The notes beneath the pieces were generated by a model. It was not told where the DNA came from. It saw nothing but the letters and a program-made list of their open reading frames with translations, and searched no databases. A stretch of 64,000 nucleotides of DNA from an uncultured delta proteobacterium (lineage in GTDB: Bacteria; Desulfobacterota; BSN033; UBA1163), in assembly GCA_963827685.1 (NCBI GenBank), contig CAWHBU010000004.1:96001-160000 (forward strand), given 5' to 3'. Within the stretch, counting starts at the first letter, position 1. Each line of letters starts with the position of its first letter. The position numbers were made by a program, and so were the translations under genes. This document shows positions 8,267 to 18,278 of the stretch, in pieces.

Positions 8267-9478
8267 ATGAAATCCAAACGGGTTGTCATTACGGGATTGG
8301 GGATCTTCTGTTCGACCGGAAAGAATGTAGAGGAGTTTTGTCGCTCTTTAAAAGAGGGAAAAACGGGCATTGGATCGATCACTCTTTTTGACACTTCTAA
8401 ATATCCATGTAAAATCGGAGCGGAGATCAGAGATTATCGGTCAGAGGAATTCTTTAAGAAGAAAGAGCTGAAGAAGCTTTCGAGGGCAGACCAGTTTGGT
8501 CTCATCGCTTCTGAGGAGGCAGTGAGGGCCTCCGGGATTCATTCTTATCCTTCTGAAGAAGTGGGGGTCTGTCTCGGTGCAGGTGCCGGAGGAATGTTCG
8601 AGGCAGAGACCTATCACCGGGAAATCCTTGTCAAAGGAAGGTCCAAACCCTCTCTCATCTGGCCGTTCATACCAAGTTATACAACCGATCGTGTTGCGGA
8701 AAGATTCGAATTTTCAGGTCCGAAATTCACCGTCACGACGGCGTGCAGTTCATCGGCGACAGCCATTGGTTATGGAGCGGATCTCATCCGAAGCGGGAAA
8801 TCCAAAGCCGTTCTCTGCGGAGGGAGTGACGCACTGAGCGAACTCACATTTGGTGGGTTCAATTCTTTGAAGGCCACGGATCCTTCTCCCTGTAAGCCTT
8901 TCGATCGAAAGAGAGCCGGGATGTCTTTGGGCGAAGGAGCGGGCATCATCATTTTGGAGGATTTCGATGAAGCCATAAAAAGAGGCGCGAGGGTTTATGC
9001 TGAATTTTTAGGATATGGAATCGGAGGAGAGGCTTATCACATCACTGCCCCTGAACCATCTGGGATGAGGGAGGCTCGCATTATAAGGGAAGCCATGGAA
9101 GAGGGTGGGATACTTCCTACTGAGGTGGATTATATCAATGCCCATGGAACCGGCACACCGCTTAACGATAAAGTGGAAACGCTTTCCATAAAAAATGTTT
9201 TTGGTGAAAGGGCTTACTCGATTCCCGTCAGTTCCATAAAATCATCGGTAGGTCATTGTTTGGGTTCAGCAGGAGCCATCGAAGCGATTGCCTCGGTCCT
9301 CTCGATAATCCATCAATTCATTCCTCCTACCCTCAACCACCAAGTGGGAGATGCCGATTGTGATCTCGATTATGTTCCTGGGAAATCTCGTGAAGCAGAG
9401 GTGAGAGCTGTCCTCTCCAACTCCTTTGCCTTTGGCGGCAACTGCACCAGCCTGGTTTTTGGGAAATATTTTTTGTAG
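8267..9478 (+). CDS. fabF: Beta-ketoacyl-ACP synthase II
   Basis: TACSS, NAHGTGT, GHCLG, SNSFAFGG. Confidence 0.92.
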   Translation: MKSKRVVITGLGIFCSTGKNVEEFCRSLKEGKTGIGSITLFDTSKYPCKIGAEIRDYRSEEFFKKKELKKLSRADQFGLIASEEAVRASGIHSYPSEEVGVCLGAGAGGMFEAETYHREILVKGRSKPSLIWPFIPSYTTDRVAERFEFSGPKFTVTTACSSSATAIGYGADLIRSGKSKAVLCGGSDALSELTFGGFNSLKATDPSPCKPFDRKRAGMSLGEGAGIIILEDFDEAIKRGARVYAEFLGYGIGGEAYHITAPEPSGMREARIIREAMEEGGILPTEVDYINAHGTGTPLNDKVETLSIKNVFGERAYSIPVSSIKSSVGHCLGSAGAIEAIASVLSIIHQFIPPTLNHQVGDADCDLDYVPGKSREAEVRAVLSNSFAFGGNCTSLVFGKYFL

Positions 9479-9549
9479 CGCCCTCATTTACTGGGGGCGA
9501 ATGTCGTCGGCAATACCTGCCTGCCGGCGGGCAGGAATGCCGACGCTAC
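9475..9549. repeat. GTAG-type REP-like palindrome with nested CCTGCC...GGCAGG insert
   Basis: GTAGCG...GTCGGCAATA[CCTGCCTGCCGGCGGGCAGG]AATGCCGACGCTAC. Confidence 0.6.
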
Positions 9550-9576
9550 CTTTTTAATGATTAATCGGAGATCAAT

Positions 9577-10794
9577 ATGGACGGAGAAAAAATTCAATAT
9601 AGCAAAGACGGAAAGCTCATTGTTCCTGATGAACCGATCATTCCCTATATCGAAGGGGACGGGGTCGGGCCGGATATCTGGAGAGCATCCGTTAGGGTTT
9701 TCGATGGCGCCGTGAAGAAATGCTACGGAGTCAAGAGAAAGGTGCATTGGCTCGAAGTCTATGCGGGAGAAAAGGCATTTCAATTGAAAAAGGATTGGGC
9801 TCCCGAGGAAACGATCGAGGCGATTCGACAATACAAAATCGGCATTAAAGGTCCTTTGACAACCCCTGTAGGCGGAGGGATTCGAAGCATCAATGTATTA
9901 CTCCGGCAACAACTCGATCTCTATGCGTGCATTCGACCTGTGAAGTATCTTCCAGGCACACCGAGTCCATTAAAGCACCCGGAAAAAGTGGACATGGTTG
10001 TCTTTCGGGAGAACACGGAGGATGTCTACGCAGGGATAGAGTGGAAAGAAGGATCAGAGGAAGTATTGCGACTGAGGATGTTTCTTGAGAGAGAGATGGG
10101 GAAAAAGATTCGGGAGGATTCCGGGATCGGAATTAAGCCCATCAGTCGTTTTGGAACAAAACGCCTGGTTCGGATGGCCATTCAATATGCACTTGCTCAT
10201 GGCCGGAAGAGTGTCACATTGGTTCATAAAGGAAACATTATGAAGTTCACCGAGGGGGCGTTTCGTGATTGGGGATATGAGGTGGCCAAGGAAGAATTCG
10301 GCGATCGCATTCTATTGGAAAGTGAAATGGAGAAACGGGGAATAAAAAAAGTTCCCTCTGGGAAGATCGTAGTCAAGGATCGGATTGCCGATGCCATGTT
10401 TCAGCAAATTCTCTTAAGGCCTGAAGACTACGATGTGCTCGCTATGCCCAACCTTAACGGAGATTACATGTCCGATGCCTTAGCCGCCCAAGTGGGAGGC
10501 TTGGGCATGGCGCCTGGAGCAAACATTGGAGATCAGGCCGCTGTCTTTGAGGCCACCCATGGAACAGCGCCTAAGTATGCGAATAAAGATATGGTCAATC
10601 CTGGGTCTCTGATTCTCTCTGGAGCCATGATGTTCGACTATCTGGGCTGGAATGAGGCGGGGAAGAGGATCAAGAAATCTCTGGAAAAGGCGATTTCAAA
10701 GAAAACCGTCACGTATGATCTTGCTCGTCAGATGAAAGGCGCAAGGAAGCTTAAATGCTCTAAATTCGCCTCTGCGATCATTGAAAACCTTTGA
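9577..10794 (+). CDS. icd: NADP-dependent isocitrate dehydrogenase
   Basis: [46 protein letters not shown]. Confidence 0.97.
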   Translation: MDGEKIQYSKDGKLIVPDEPIIPYIEGDGVGPDIWRASVRVFDGAVKKCYGVKRKVHWLEVYAGEKAFQLKKDWAPEETIEAIRQYKIGIKGPLTTPVGGGIRSINVLLRQQLDLYACIRPVKYLPGTPSPLKHPEKVDMVVFRENTEDVYAGIEWKEGSEEVLRLRMFLEREMGKKIREDSGIGIKPISRFGTKRLVRMAIQYALAHGRKSVTLVHKGNIMKFTEGAFRDWGYEVAKEEFGDRILLESEMEKRGIKKVPSGKIVVKDRIADAMFQQILLRPEDYDVLAMPNLNGDYMSDALAAQVGGLGMAPGANIGDQAAVFEATHGTAPKYANKDMVNPGSLILSGAMMFDYLGWNEAGKRIKKSLEKAISKKTVTYDLARQMKGARKLKCSKFASAIIENL

Positions 10795-10895
10795 CAACCT
10801 TTCCGTTTTTAAATTATCATTAATAAATAAAAGGAGATTAATAGACAAATTATTCTTGCCCTCACTTTCTTCAAGCAAAAATGGGGGTTTTGATC

Positions 10896-11210
10896 ATGAC
10901 AGAGACAAAGAAAAAGAAGGAAACACCGGAAATAGATATTTATGAGGCCTGGTGCAAGGCGTGCGGGATTTGTGTGGCTTTCTGCCCGACAGGCGTTTTG
11001 GCCAAAGACGAAGCAGGTCATCCCTATGTGAAGGACATCGAGAAGTGTATTAACTGCGGATGGTGCGAGATCCGATGTCCGGACTTTGCCATTACTGTAG
11101 AAACAAAAACCAAGGGAAAAAAGAGGGTTAAAGTAAAAGGTGGAGAAGAAGAGCCAAAACCGAAGGAAGAAGAAGTCTCACCTGAAAGAATTGTTGCTCC
11201 AAGGCAATGA
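10896..11210 (+). CDS. korD: 2-oxoacid:ferredoxin oxidoreductase delta (2x4Fe-4S) subunit
   Basis: CKACGICVAFCP and CINCGWCEIRCPD; operon position. Confidence 0.85.
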   Translation: MTETKKKKETPEIDIYEAWCKACGICVAFCPTGVLAKDEAGHPYVKDIEKCINCGWCEIRCPDFAITVETKTKGKKRVKVKGGEEEPKPKEEEVSPERIVAPRQ

Positions 11211-12309
11211 GGCCGTGGTGGAGGGAGCCCTCCAGGCAGGCTGTCGTTTCTTTGCGGGCTATCCGATTACTCCGGCCACGGAGATTTCTGAAATCTTATC
11301 CATAAAACTTCCTCAAGTAGATGGGACCTTCATCCAGATGGAAGATGAGATTGCGAGCTTGGGTGCGGTGATCGGCGCTTCTCTTGCAGGGGTGAAGTCC
11401 ATGACGGCAACCAGCGGCCCGGGATTTTCTTTGATGCAAGAGAACCTGGGCTTTGCCATCATCGCTGAAGTTCCCTGTGTCATCGTCAATGTCATGAGAG
11501 GAGGGCCCAGCACGGGACTTCCGACCTTTCCCTCTCAGAGTGATGTGATGCAGGCAAGATGGGGGACCCATGGAGATCACCCTGCCGTTGTGCTTTCTGC
11601 CTCAACGGTTCGTGAATGTTACGAAATGACGATCAAGTCCTTCAACCTTTCTGAAAAATTCCGAACGCCCGTTGTCCTTCTGATTGATGAAGTGGTCGCC
11701 CATATGCGGGAGAAGATGGTCCTTTCGGATGGAGAAGAAATAGAAATATATAATCGGGTCAAACCCACCGTTCCACCGGAATGGTACATCCCTTATGAAG
11801 ATACACCCGGCGGCGTCCCAGCTATGGCCAATTTTGGAGAGGGTTATCGATATCACGTCACAGGGCTCACTCATGATGTGAGAGGTTTTCCCACATCGAG
11901 ACCCGACGAGACCGGCCCCTTTATCGCCAGACTCCACCGGAAGATCAGTCAGCATTTTTCAGAGATTCAGATGGCTGAATCTTTTCAAACAGAAGATGCT
12001 GAGATCACGATCGTCGCCTATGGCTGTGTCGCCCGATCCGCCAAGAGAGCCGTGATTGAAGCGAGGGAGAAGGGGATCAAGGTAGGACTTCTGAAACTGC
12101 TGACCCTCTGGCCCTTTGCGCGATCTGCGGTGGAGAAAGTCCTTCAGACCTCGAAAATCCTGCTTGTCCCTGAGATGAATATGGGTCAGATCTCACGGGA
12201 GGTAAAACGGGTCAACCGAGGGGCCGCCAAGGTCTTCACCCTTAACAAAGTAGATGGAACGATCATCACCCCGGCAGAGATATTGAATCGAATCACGGAG
12301 GTTTCCTGA
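11140..12309 (+). CDS. korA: 2-oxoglutarate:ferredoxin oxidoreductase alpha
   Basis: FAGYPITPA, QMEDE, TATSGPGFSLM, RGGPSTG. Confidence 0.9.
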   Translation: MEKKSQNRRKKKSHLKELLLQGNEAVVEGALQAGCRFFAGYPITPATEISEILSIKLPQVDGTFIQMEDEIASLGAVIGASLAGVKSMTATSGPGFSLMQENLGFAIIAEVPCVIVNVMRGGPSTGLPTFPSQSDVMQARWGTHGDHPAVVLSASTVRECYEMTIKSFNLSEKFRTPVVLLIDEVVAHMREKMVLSDGEEIEIYNRVKPTVPPEWYIPYEDTPGGVPAMANFGEGYRYHVTGLTHDVRGFPTSRPDETGPFIARLHRKISQHFSEIQMAESFQTEDAEITIVAYGCVARSAKRAVIEAREKGIKVGLLKLLTLWPFARSAVEKVLQTSKILLVPEMNMGQISREVKRVNRGAAKVFTLNKVDGTIITPAEILNRITEVS

Positions 12310-13148
12310 TGGGAGAGGTCACCAAGCTCATCCACAAATATCTTCGACATGACAAGAAATTTCCGCATGTCTGGTGTCCGGGCTGCGGGATCGGAATCAT
12401 GCTTGGCGCCCTCATCCGGGCAATCGATCGGATCGGTTTTGAAAAGGATGAGATCGTTTTAGTTTCAGGCATCGGATGTTCAGGAAGACTTCCCGTCTAC
12501 GTGGATTTTAATACGTTACATACCACTCATGGCCGTGCTCTCACTTTCGCAACGGGAGTAAAGCTGGCAAAGCCCAGCCTGAAAGTGATTGTGATCATGG
12601 GCGATGGCGATGCGGTGGCGATCGGTGGAAATCATTTCATTCATACGGCCCGAAGGAATATCGATGTCACCTCCATCATTCTCAACAACAGTATCTACGG
12701 GATGACCGGCGGGCAATACTCTCCCACCACCCCTTACGGAATGAAATCCTCAACCACCGTTTATTCCAATATCGAACAAGACTTCAAAATCTCAGAGTTA
12801 GCCGTCACAGCGGGAGCGGTCTTTGTGGGGAGGGGGACCGTCTATCAGGCTCGACTTTTAGACAGCTTGATCGAGAAGGCGATTTTGAAACCGGGTTTTT
12901 CCGTGGTGGAAGTGATCGCTCACTGCCACACCCAATACGGAAGGCAGAACCGTCTGGGGACAGCTGTCGAAATGATGGAGTGGCAACGAGATCATGCCGT
13001 CACCGTAGAGAAGGCAGCCACCATGAAATCCGAGGAGTTGCAAGATAGGATCGTGATTGGAGTGTTGGTGGATAAGGAGCTTCCGGTTTATCAGGACGAG
13101 TACGAGAAGATACGGGAACGAGCTAAAGGAACAGCGGTACAAAAATAG
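12309..13148 (+). CDS. korB: 2-oxoglutarate:ferredoxin oxidoreductase beta
   Basis: WCPGCG, SGIGCS, HGRA, GDGD, GMTGGQYSPT. Confidence 0.9.
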   Translation: MGEVTKLIHKYLRHDKKFPHVWCPGCGIGIMLGALIRAIDRIGFEKDEIVLVSGIGCSGRLPVYVDFNTLHTTHGRALTFATGVKLAKPSLKVIVIMGDGDAVAIGGNHFIHTARRNIDVTSIILNNSIYGMTGGQYSPTTPYGMKSSTTVYSNIEQDFKISELAVTAGAVFVGRGTVYQARLLDSLIEKAILKPGFSVVEVIAHCHTQYGRQNRLGTAVEMMEWQRDHAVTVEKAATMKSEELQDRIVIGVLVDKELPVYQDEYEKIRERAKGTAVQK

Positions 13149-13149
13149 T

Positions 13150-13280
13150 AAATGCCAAGCTCCAAGCACCAAATAACAAATAAATTCAAAATTCCAAATT
13201 CAAAACAAAAACCTGTTTTGGTCATTGGAGATTGATATTTCGAAATTGTTTGGAATTTGGGTTTTGTGATTTGGGATTTG
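13150..13280. repeat. 7-nt-periodic long hairpin inside the kor operon
   Basis: (CCAAATN)-like units facing (ATTTGGN)-like units. Confidence 0.7.
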
Positions 13281-13344
13281 GATCTCACCCACGGAAGTGC
13301 AGGCTGACCAAGCCTGACAGAATTTTTTTAGGAGAGAAAAAAAG

Positions 13345-13947
13345 ATGGGGTATCGGTATGAGATCCGTCTGAGCGGTTCCGGAGGTCAGGGATTGATTCT
13401 GATGGGGATCATCTTAGCCGAAGCGATTGGAATTCATGACGGGAAATATGTTGCACAGACTCAGAGCTATGGGCCGGAGGCGAGAGGGGGATCCAGCAAA
13501 TCGGAAATCATCGTCAGCGATGGAGAGATCGATTACCCCAAAGCCATGAGCGTTGATCTCCTCTTGGCGATGAACCAAAAATCTTGCGACGAGTTTTACC
13601 CAGATCTCAAGCCGGATGGTTTGCTCATTGTGGATTCCACGTTCGTCACCCAGGTTCCCACTCCGAGGGCCTTTCAGATCCCCTTTACGCGTATTGCCAG
13701 GGAAAAGTTCAAAAGGGAGGTTGTCGCAAACATCATCGCCCTGGGAGCCCTGTCTCAATTAACTCCCGTCGTCTCTGCAAAAGCCATTGAATCTGCTGTC
13801 ATGGCACGGGTGCCCAAGGGCACAGAGAAATTGAACCGCGATGCTTTGAGGGCGGGGGTGAGTGCTGCCAAAAAGGCGAAGGAGGCATGGATGAAATCAG
13901 AAGTGCCTCTAGAGGTTCCCAAGGAAGACCTTCTGGATTCCTACTAA
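13345..13947 (+). CDS. korC: 2-oxoacid:ferredoxin oxidoreductase gamma
   Basis: GSGGQG, QSYGPEARGG. Confidence 0.9.
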   Translation: MGYRYEIRLSGSGGQGLILMGIILAEAIGIHDGKYVAQTQSYGPEARGGSSKSEIIVSDGEIDYPKAMSVDLLLAMNQKSCDEFYPDLKPDGLLIVDSTFVTQVPTPRAFQIPFTRIAREKFKREVVANIIALGALSQLTPVVSAKAIESAVMARVPKGTEKLNRDALRAGVSAAKKAKEAWMKSEVPLEVPKEDLLDSY

Positions 13948-13962
13948 CCCCTAAAGGGGAAT

Positions 13963-14284
13963 TTCAAATGGCAAATTTGAAAGTTCAAATAAATTATTAT
14001 TATTTTCAAGGCCAATTAGCCACCTACTAACCATGAAAGTTACCAGGCATCATCCTCCCCCTTGACGGGGGAGGATTGAGGTGGGGGTGGGCAAGAGATG
14101 TTCCCCCTCACCCTTCCTCTCTCCCCTGCCTTCGCCGAAGCGGCTTCGCGCAGGCAGGCGCCAAGGGGAGAGGGGAATAATTGGGGCCTTTCCCATATAA
14201 ATCCAAATGACTAAAGTTAAATTTGGAATTTGACATTTAGACTTCTAGATTTCAGTTGGCATTTGGGTTTTGAAATTTGACATT
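13963..14284. repeat. Nested repeats: periodic hairpin arms enclosing a GC-rich REP-like element and a CCTGCC...GGCAGG palindrome
   Basis: TCAAAT/ATTTGA units; CCTCCCCCTTGACGGGGGAGG...GGGGAGAGGGG at about 14055-14175; CCTGCCTTCGCCGAAGCGGCTTCGCGCAGGCAGG at about 14125-14158. Confidence 0.65.
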
Positions 14285-14295
14285 AACTTTTGGCA

Positions 14296-14913
14296 ATGAA
14301 AAGAAACTCTCTTGTCTATTCCGTGACCAAAAGCTTAGCCCAAATAGTCTTTTCCCTTTTTTACCGGATCGAGACCGAGTGGAAAACGGCTCTTCCTGAT
14401 CAGGGACCGGTGATCATTCTTCCCAAGCATCAATACTGGACGGATATTCCGATCATCAGTCTCGCCTTCAAGCCGCTGCTCTACTTTGTGGCCAAGAAGG
14501 AACTCTTCAAATTCCCATTGATTCGAGATTACCTCTCCCTTTTGGGCGGCCTCCCTGTGGACCGGAAACAATCCATTCGGACCTTAGACTCTTTCAAAAC
14601 GCTTGTCTCTTTGTTGAGAGCCGGTGAGAAGGTCGTCATCTTTCCGGAAGGAACCTACTTTCGAAATGAAGTAGGTTCAGGGAAAAGTCGGCTCCTTCAG
14701 ATGATTTTAAGGTTCCAATCGGAACTGGGATATCTCATTCCCTTCATTCCTGTAGGTATTCGATACGGAGAGAGAGCGGGATGGAGAAGGAGGGTGGAGG
14801 TGTACATTGGTTCTCCTCTCTTTGTAGAGAGGGATTCTGATGCCGCTCCCCTGACCCATCGAGCAATCGAAGAGATCAGTCGTTTATGTCGATTGCCGCT
14901 ATGTTCACAGTGA
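14296..14913 (+). CDS. plsC: Lysophospholipid (1-acyl-sn-glycerol-3-phosphate) acyltransferase
   Basis: HQYWTD (HX4D), FVAKKELF, IFPEGT. Confidence 0.8.
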   Translation: MKRNSLVYSVTKSLAQIVFSLFYRIETEWKTALPDQGPVIILPKHQYWTDIPIISLAFKPLLYFVAKKELFKFPLIRDYLSLLGGLPVDRKQSIRTLDSFKTLVSLLRAGEKVVIFPEGTYFRNEVGSGKSRLLQMILRFQSELGYLIPFIPVGIRYGERAGWRRRVEVYIGSPLFVERDSDAAPLTHRAIEEISRLCRLPLCSQ

Positions 14914-15004
14914 ATTGCGGATTGCAGATTGCGGAATTCGGAATAAAAATTTAAAAATCTTTCGGTTCATTGATTCCGCACTCCGCATTCCGAAATCCGA
15001 ATTT
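14913..15004. repeat. 7-nt-periodic hairpin
   Basis: (ATTGCGG)n facing (TTCCGCA)n. Confidence 0.75.
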
Positions 15005-15019
15005 GAAAAGGAGGTTATT

Positions 15020-15214
15020 ATGCCAAGACGAGAAAGGGATCGGGAACTGGCGAGGAGAAGAAAGCGGAGCAAGGAAAGAAGACGGCTCAAGGCCAAAGGA
15101 CTTTTGAAGCCGCCTGTTGGTGCTGTAAAAGAGGGTGAGAAGAAGAAGCCGGAGAAGAGACCGGCAAAAGAGACGCCGCAAGAGGTTGTAGAAAAACCTT
15201 CTACGGAGAGCTGA
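15020..15214 (+). CDS. Small basic hypothetical protein
   Basis: AGGAGG RBS; MPRRERDRELARRRKR. Confidence 0.6.
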   Translation: MPRRERDRELARRRKRSKERRRLKAKGLLKPPVGAVKEGEKKKPEKRPAKETPQEVVEKPSTES

Positions 15215-15255
15215 TCTTTTGTTGGAGTTTTTTCAACGATGCGGTGGATGTTCTT

Positions 15256-16104
15256 TTAGAGGTTTCGATAGACAAGGTTATCAATCAGTCTTGTCTTGCC
15301 CAGATAAGCGGCTAAAGCAACGACCACATCCCCTTCTATCCTGTCCACATCCTGTAAAGTGTGGGCGTCACAGACTTGGACATAATCAATTTTGACCAAG
15401 GGTTCAGACTGAAGGATTCCTTTCACCTCCTGAAGGATTCGATCTGCCTTTCTCTCTCCCTTTTGGAGGAGTCCTTTTGCCTTTTGCAGTGAACGATAAA
15501 GAGACAGTGCGGCTTTCCTCTCCTCGGGCAGGAGGTATGTGTTTCGAGAACTCATGGCCAAACCGTCCGCCTCCCGAACGGTCGGCAGTCCCACCACCTC
15601 CACACTCATATGAAGATCTCTGGCCATCTGTTGAATCGTGACCAGTTGTTGATAATCCTTCTCCCCAAAGATCGCCACATGAGGCATCACGATTTCGAAA
15701 AGCATCGTGACGACTGTGGTGACCCCCTGGAAGTGGGTCGGTCTGGACCTTCCGCAGAGGTTCTGAGTCACCTTTTCCACGCGAACGATCGTCTGATGAT
15801 TTGGGGGATACATCTCACTTGCCTCTGGAGCGAAAAGGACATCGACCCCCACTTCCTCCACCATCTTTCTGTCCCTTTCAAAATCTCTTGGGTAACTTTT
15901 GAAGTCTTCGCTCGGGCCAAATTGGGTAGGATTGACAAAAAGGCTGATGATGAGAAGATCTCCCCGTCTTCGGCCCTCCCGTATGAGGCTGAGATGGCCC
16001 TCGTGCAAAAAACCCATCGTGGGAACAAAGGCGATGGTCTTCCCAGCCCGTCTGGCTTGGGAAGAAAATTCTTTCATCTCTTCGATCGTCTTGATCACTT
16101 CCAT
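15256..16104 (-). CDS. panC: Pantoate-beta-alanine ligase
   Basis: VPTMGFLHEGH, FGEKDYQQ, GLAMSSRN, RLIDN. Confidence 0.97.
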   Translation of the reverse strand: MEVIKTIEEMKEFSSQARRAGKTIAFVPTMGFLHEGHLSLIREGRRRGDLLIISLFVNPTQFGPSEDFKSYPRDFERDRKMVEEVGVDVLFAPEASEMYPPNHQTIVRVEKVTQNLCGRSRPTHFQGVTTVVTMLFEIVMPHVAIFGEKDYQQLVTIQQMARDLHMSVEVVGLPTVREADGLAMSSRNTYLLPEERKAALSLYRSLQKAKGLLQKGERKADRILQEVKGILQSEPLVKIDYVQVCDAHTLQDVDRIEGDVVVALAAYLGKTRLIDNLVYRNL

Positions 16105-16191
16105 TTTTTTCAGACCGCGACGTATTATTTAGAGAGCCCTGAAAAACGACTAGAGGCTCTCTTCAGAGATTTCTGGCCTTCTTCCGAAATC

Positions 16192-16827
16192 TCATTTAGA
16201 CCTCATCGGGATGAAATACCATGTCCCCTTCTTCATCTGTTTGATCTCTCGAAGCAATTGGTCGAGATCTTCTTTTCGGTTTACGAAATCAATCTCGCTC
16301 GTATCGACAACTAAAAGTGGACTTTGATCATAGTGAAAGAAATAATAGTTGTAAGCTTCAATCAATGTCTTAAGATACTCTGAATTAATCGCTTTTTCAT
16401 AAGAGACACTCCTCGATTTGATCCGATGAAGTAATGCCTCGGGTTTAGCCTGCAAGAAGATGACCAGGTCTGGGGAAGAGATCTGTCCGTTGAGGAGGTG
16501 AAAGACCTGTTCGTAAAGGGCGAGCTCATGGTCATCTAAATTAATGGAGGCGAATATTCGGTCTTTATCAAAGAGGTAATCACAAAGGGTGATTTGGTTG
16601 AACAGATCGAGTTGGGCAATTTCCTTCTGCTGTTGGAAACGATTCAGTAAAAAGAAGATCTGGGTTTGAAAGGCGTATTTTCTACGATCCTCATAAAAAT
16701 GAGAGAGAAAAGGGTTCTCCTCCGCCTTTTCTAAAATACATCGGGCATTAAACTCCTTTGCCAAAAGTTTTGCCAGACTTGTTTTCCCTACACCGATCGG
16801 ACCTTCTATGACGATGTATCGGAACAT
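16192..16827 (-). CDS. Deoxynucleoside kinase
   Basis: EGPIGVGKT, ENPFL, FQTQIFFL. Confidence 0.9.
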   Translation of the reverse strand: MFRYIVIEGPIGVGKTSLAKLLAKEFNARCILEKAEENPFLSHFYEDRRKYAFQTQIFFLLNRFQQQKEIAQLDLFNQITLCDYLFDKDRIFASINLDDHELALYEQVFHLLNGQISSPDLVIFLQAKPEALLHRIKSRSVSYEKAINSEYLKTLIEAYNYYFFHYDQSPLLVVDTSEIDFVNRKEDLDQLLREIKQMKKGTWYFIPMRSK

Positions 16828-17184
16828 GATGCCCTGCCGCTCCTGATGTTCCCTAACACAACCCGATTGGTTTGTCGAGATTTTATTAGTTTAACCTTAA
16901 TGTTGCATTGAAAAGGCGGTTGGGTGACCTTCCAAACCCTTACAAAACGGTTCTTTACCATTTTTTATGGGTAACATGCTATACCACCTAAGGTGGCTTC
17001 TGTAATGTGCTTGGAGACATAGTAGCAAAATGCTAAAAGGTTCCGCTGTAAAGCTTTGGCGATAAATCGCCCGGAGATGTAGTTGTTTTTTTATTTTTTT
17101 GCCGGCCCAGCACACCCAACCGCCTTTGGAAACGTTTTTTATGCAACTGGAAGGTTAATACTTCCAGTCTTTCCTACTCTCTTC

Positions 17185-18051
17185 TCAGTCGTGCTCCCGA
17201 GGAGGATGTGACTCAAAGCTGTCCTTTTGTTGTTTCAGCTTATCTCCTAACTCTTTGGACCTTTGCGTCGCCGCGACTACCGCATCGATCAAGATTTTCC
17301 GCAAGCCTCCTTCTTCAAGTTTATAAAGCCCAGCAGCGGTGGTTCCGCCGGGAGAAGTCACCTTTTCACGGAGGAGGGCAGGATGTTCTCCCGTATCGGA
17401 AAGGAGTTTCACAGAGCCCGTCACCGTTTGAGTGACCAGCGTGAGGGCTTGAGCCCGGGTCAATCCCAGATGGACGCCCGCATCGGTTAAGGCTTCAATG
17501 ATCAAAAAGACATAAGCCGGACCGCTTCCGCTTAAGCCGGTGACTGTGTCCATCAGAGGTTCATGGATAATAATCGATCTCCCGACACAATCGAAGATGG
17601 CTTTGGCTAATTTGAGATCCTTCTCGGTGGCAAGATTTCCGGGGGCGATGGCAGAAGCGCCTTCTTGGACAAGGACGTTGATATTGGGCATAGCCCTGAT
17701 CAACCGAAGTTGTTTGCGAGCATACGTTTCGATCGCATAGAGAGGGACTCCCGCAGCGATCGAGATGAGGAGCTTGGAGGGATCTAAAGCATCTGCCATT
17801 TCTTCGATGACCTCCTTCATCGATTGTGGTTTGACGCAAAGGAGGAGGGGATCGCATTGGGAAGAGAGATGGTTGTTGTCAGAAGCCTTCTTGATCCCGT
17901 ACCTTTTTTGAATCAATTGGAGCCTCTTCCCATCCGGATCGAAGGCCATGATCTGCTCAGGAGCTGTAAATTTGGCTTTTAGCAGACCAGCGATTAAAGC
18001 CTCAGCCATGTTGCCTGTTCCAATAAAACCGATCGCTTTCCTTTTTTTCAT
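17185..18051 (-). CDS. proC: Pyrroline-5-carboxylate reductase
   Basis: GTGNM, RAMPN, SGSGPAY, VTSPGGTT. Confidence 0.96.
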   Translation of the reverse strand: MKKRKAIGFIGTGNMAEALIAGLLKAKFTAPEQIMAFDPDGKRLQLIQKRYGIKKASDNNHLSSQCDPLLLCVKPQSMKEVIEEMADALDPSKLLISIAAGVPLYAIETYARKQLRLIRAMPNINVLVQEGASAIAPGNLATEKDLKLAKAIFDCVGRSIIIHEPLMDTVTGLSGSGPAYVFLIIEALTDAGVHLGLTRAQALTLVTQTVTGSVKLLSDTGEHPALLREKVTSPGGTTAAGLYKLEEGGLRKILIDAVVAATQRSKELGDKLKQQKDSFESHPPREHD

Positions 18052-18278
18052 ATTAAACTCCTCAAAATGTATTGAATTCTTTTTATCATACCCCCCCTTT
18101 TTTTTCTATTAAAATTTTACACAAATCCTTTCGGTTATTGTAAAATGGGTGTGGTGCGGCGGCGAGTAAGGAGCGAGACTTCGGCACGCCGCAAAAATCC
18201 CCTCCCTTTATTAAAGGGGGAAACGGGGGGATTGAAAATGATGAATTCTCCTGACGCAACGGAAAGGTGGTTTTTGCT

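Noticed and set aside
11140-11210. korD/korA overlap as a recoding signal
   Set aside because: Both frames are open and the GTG start is adequate; no slippery site is needed.
14915-15019. N-terminal extensions in the ORF track (also 26607, 31818, 23563, 7115, 57782)
   Set aside because: They translate repeat, attC or origin DNA; better RBS-backed starts lie downstream.
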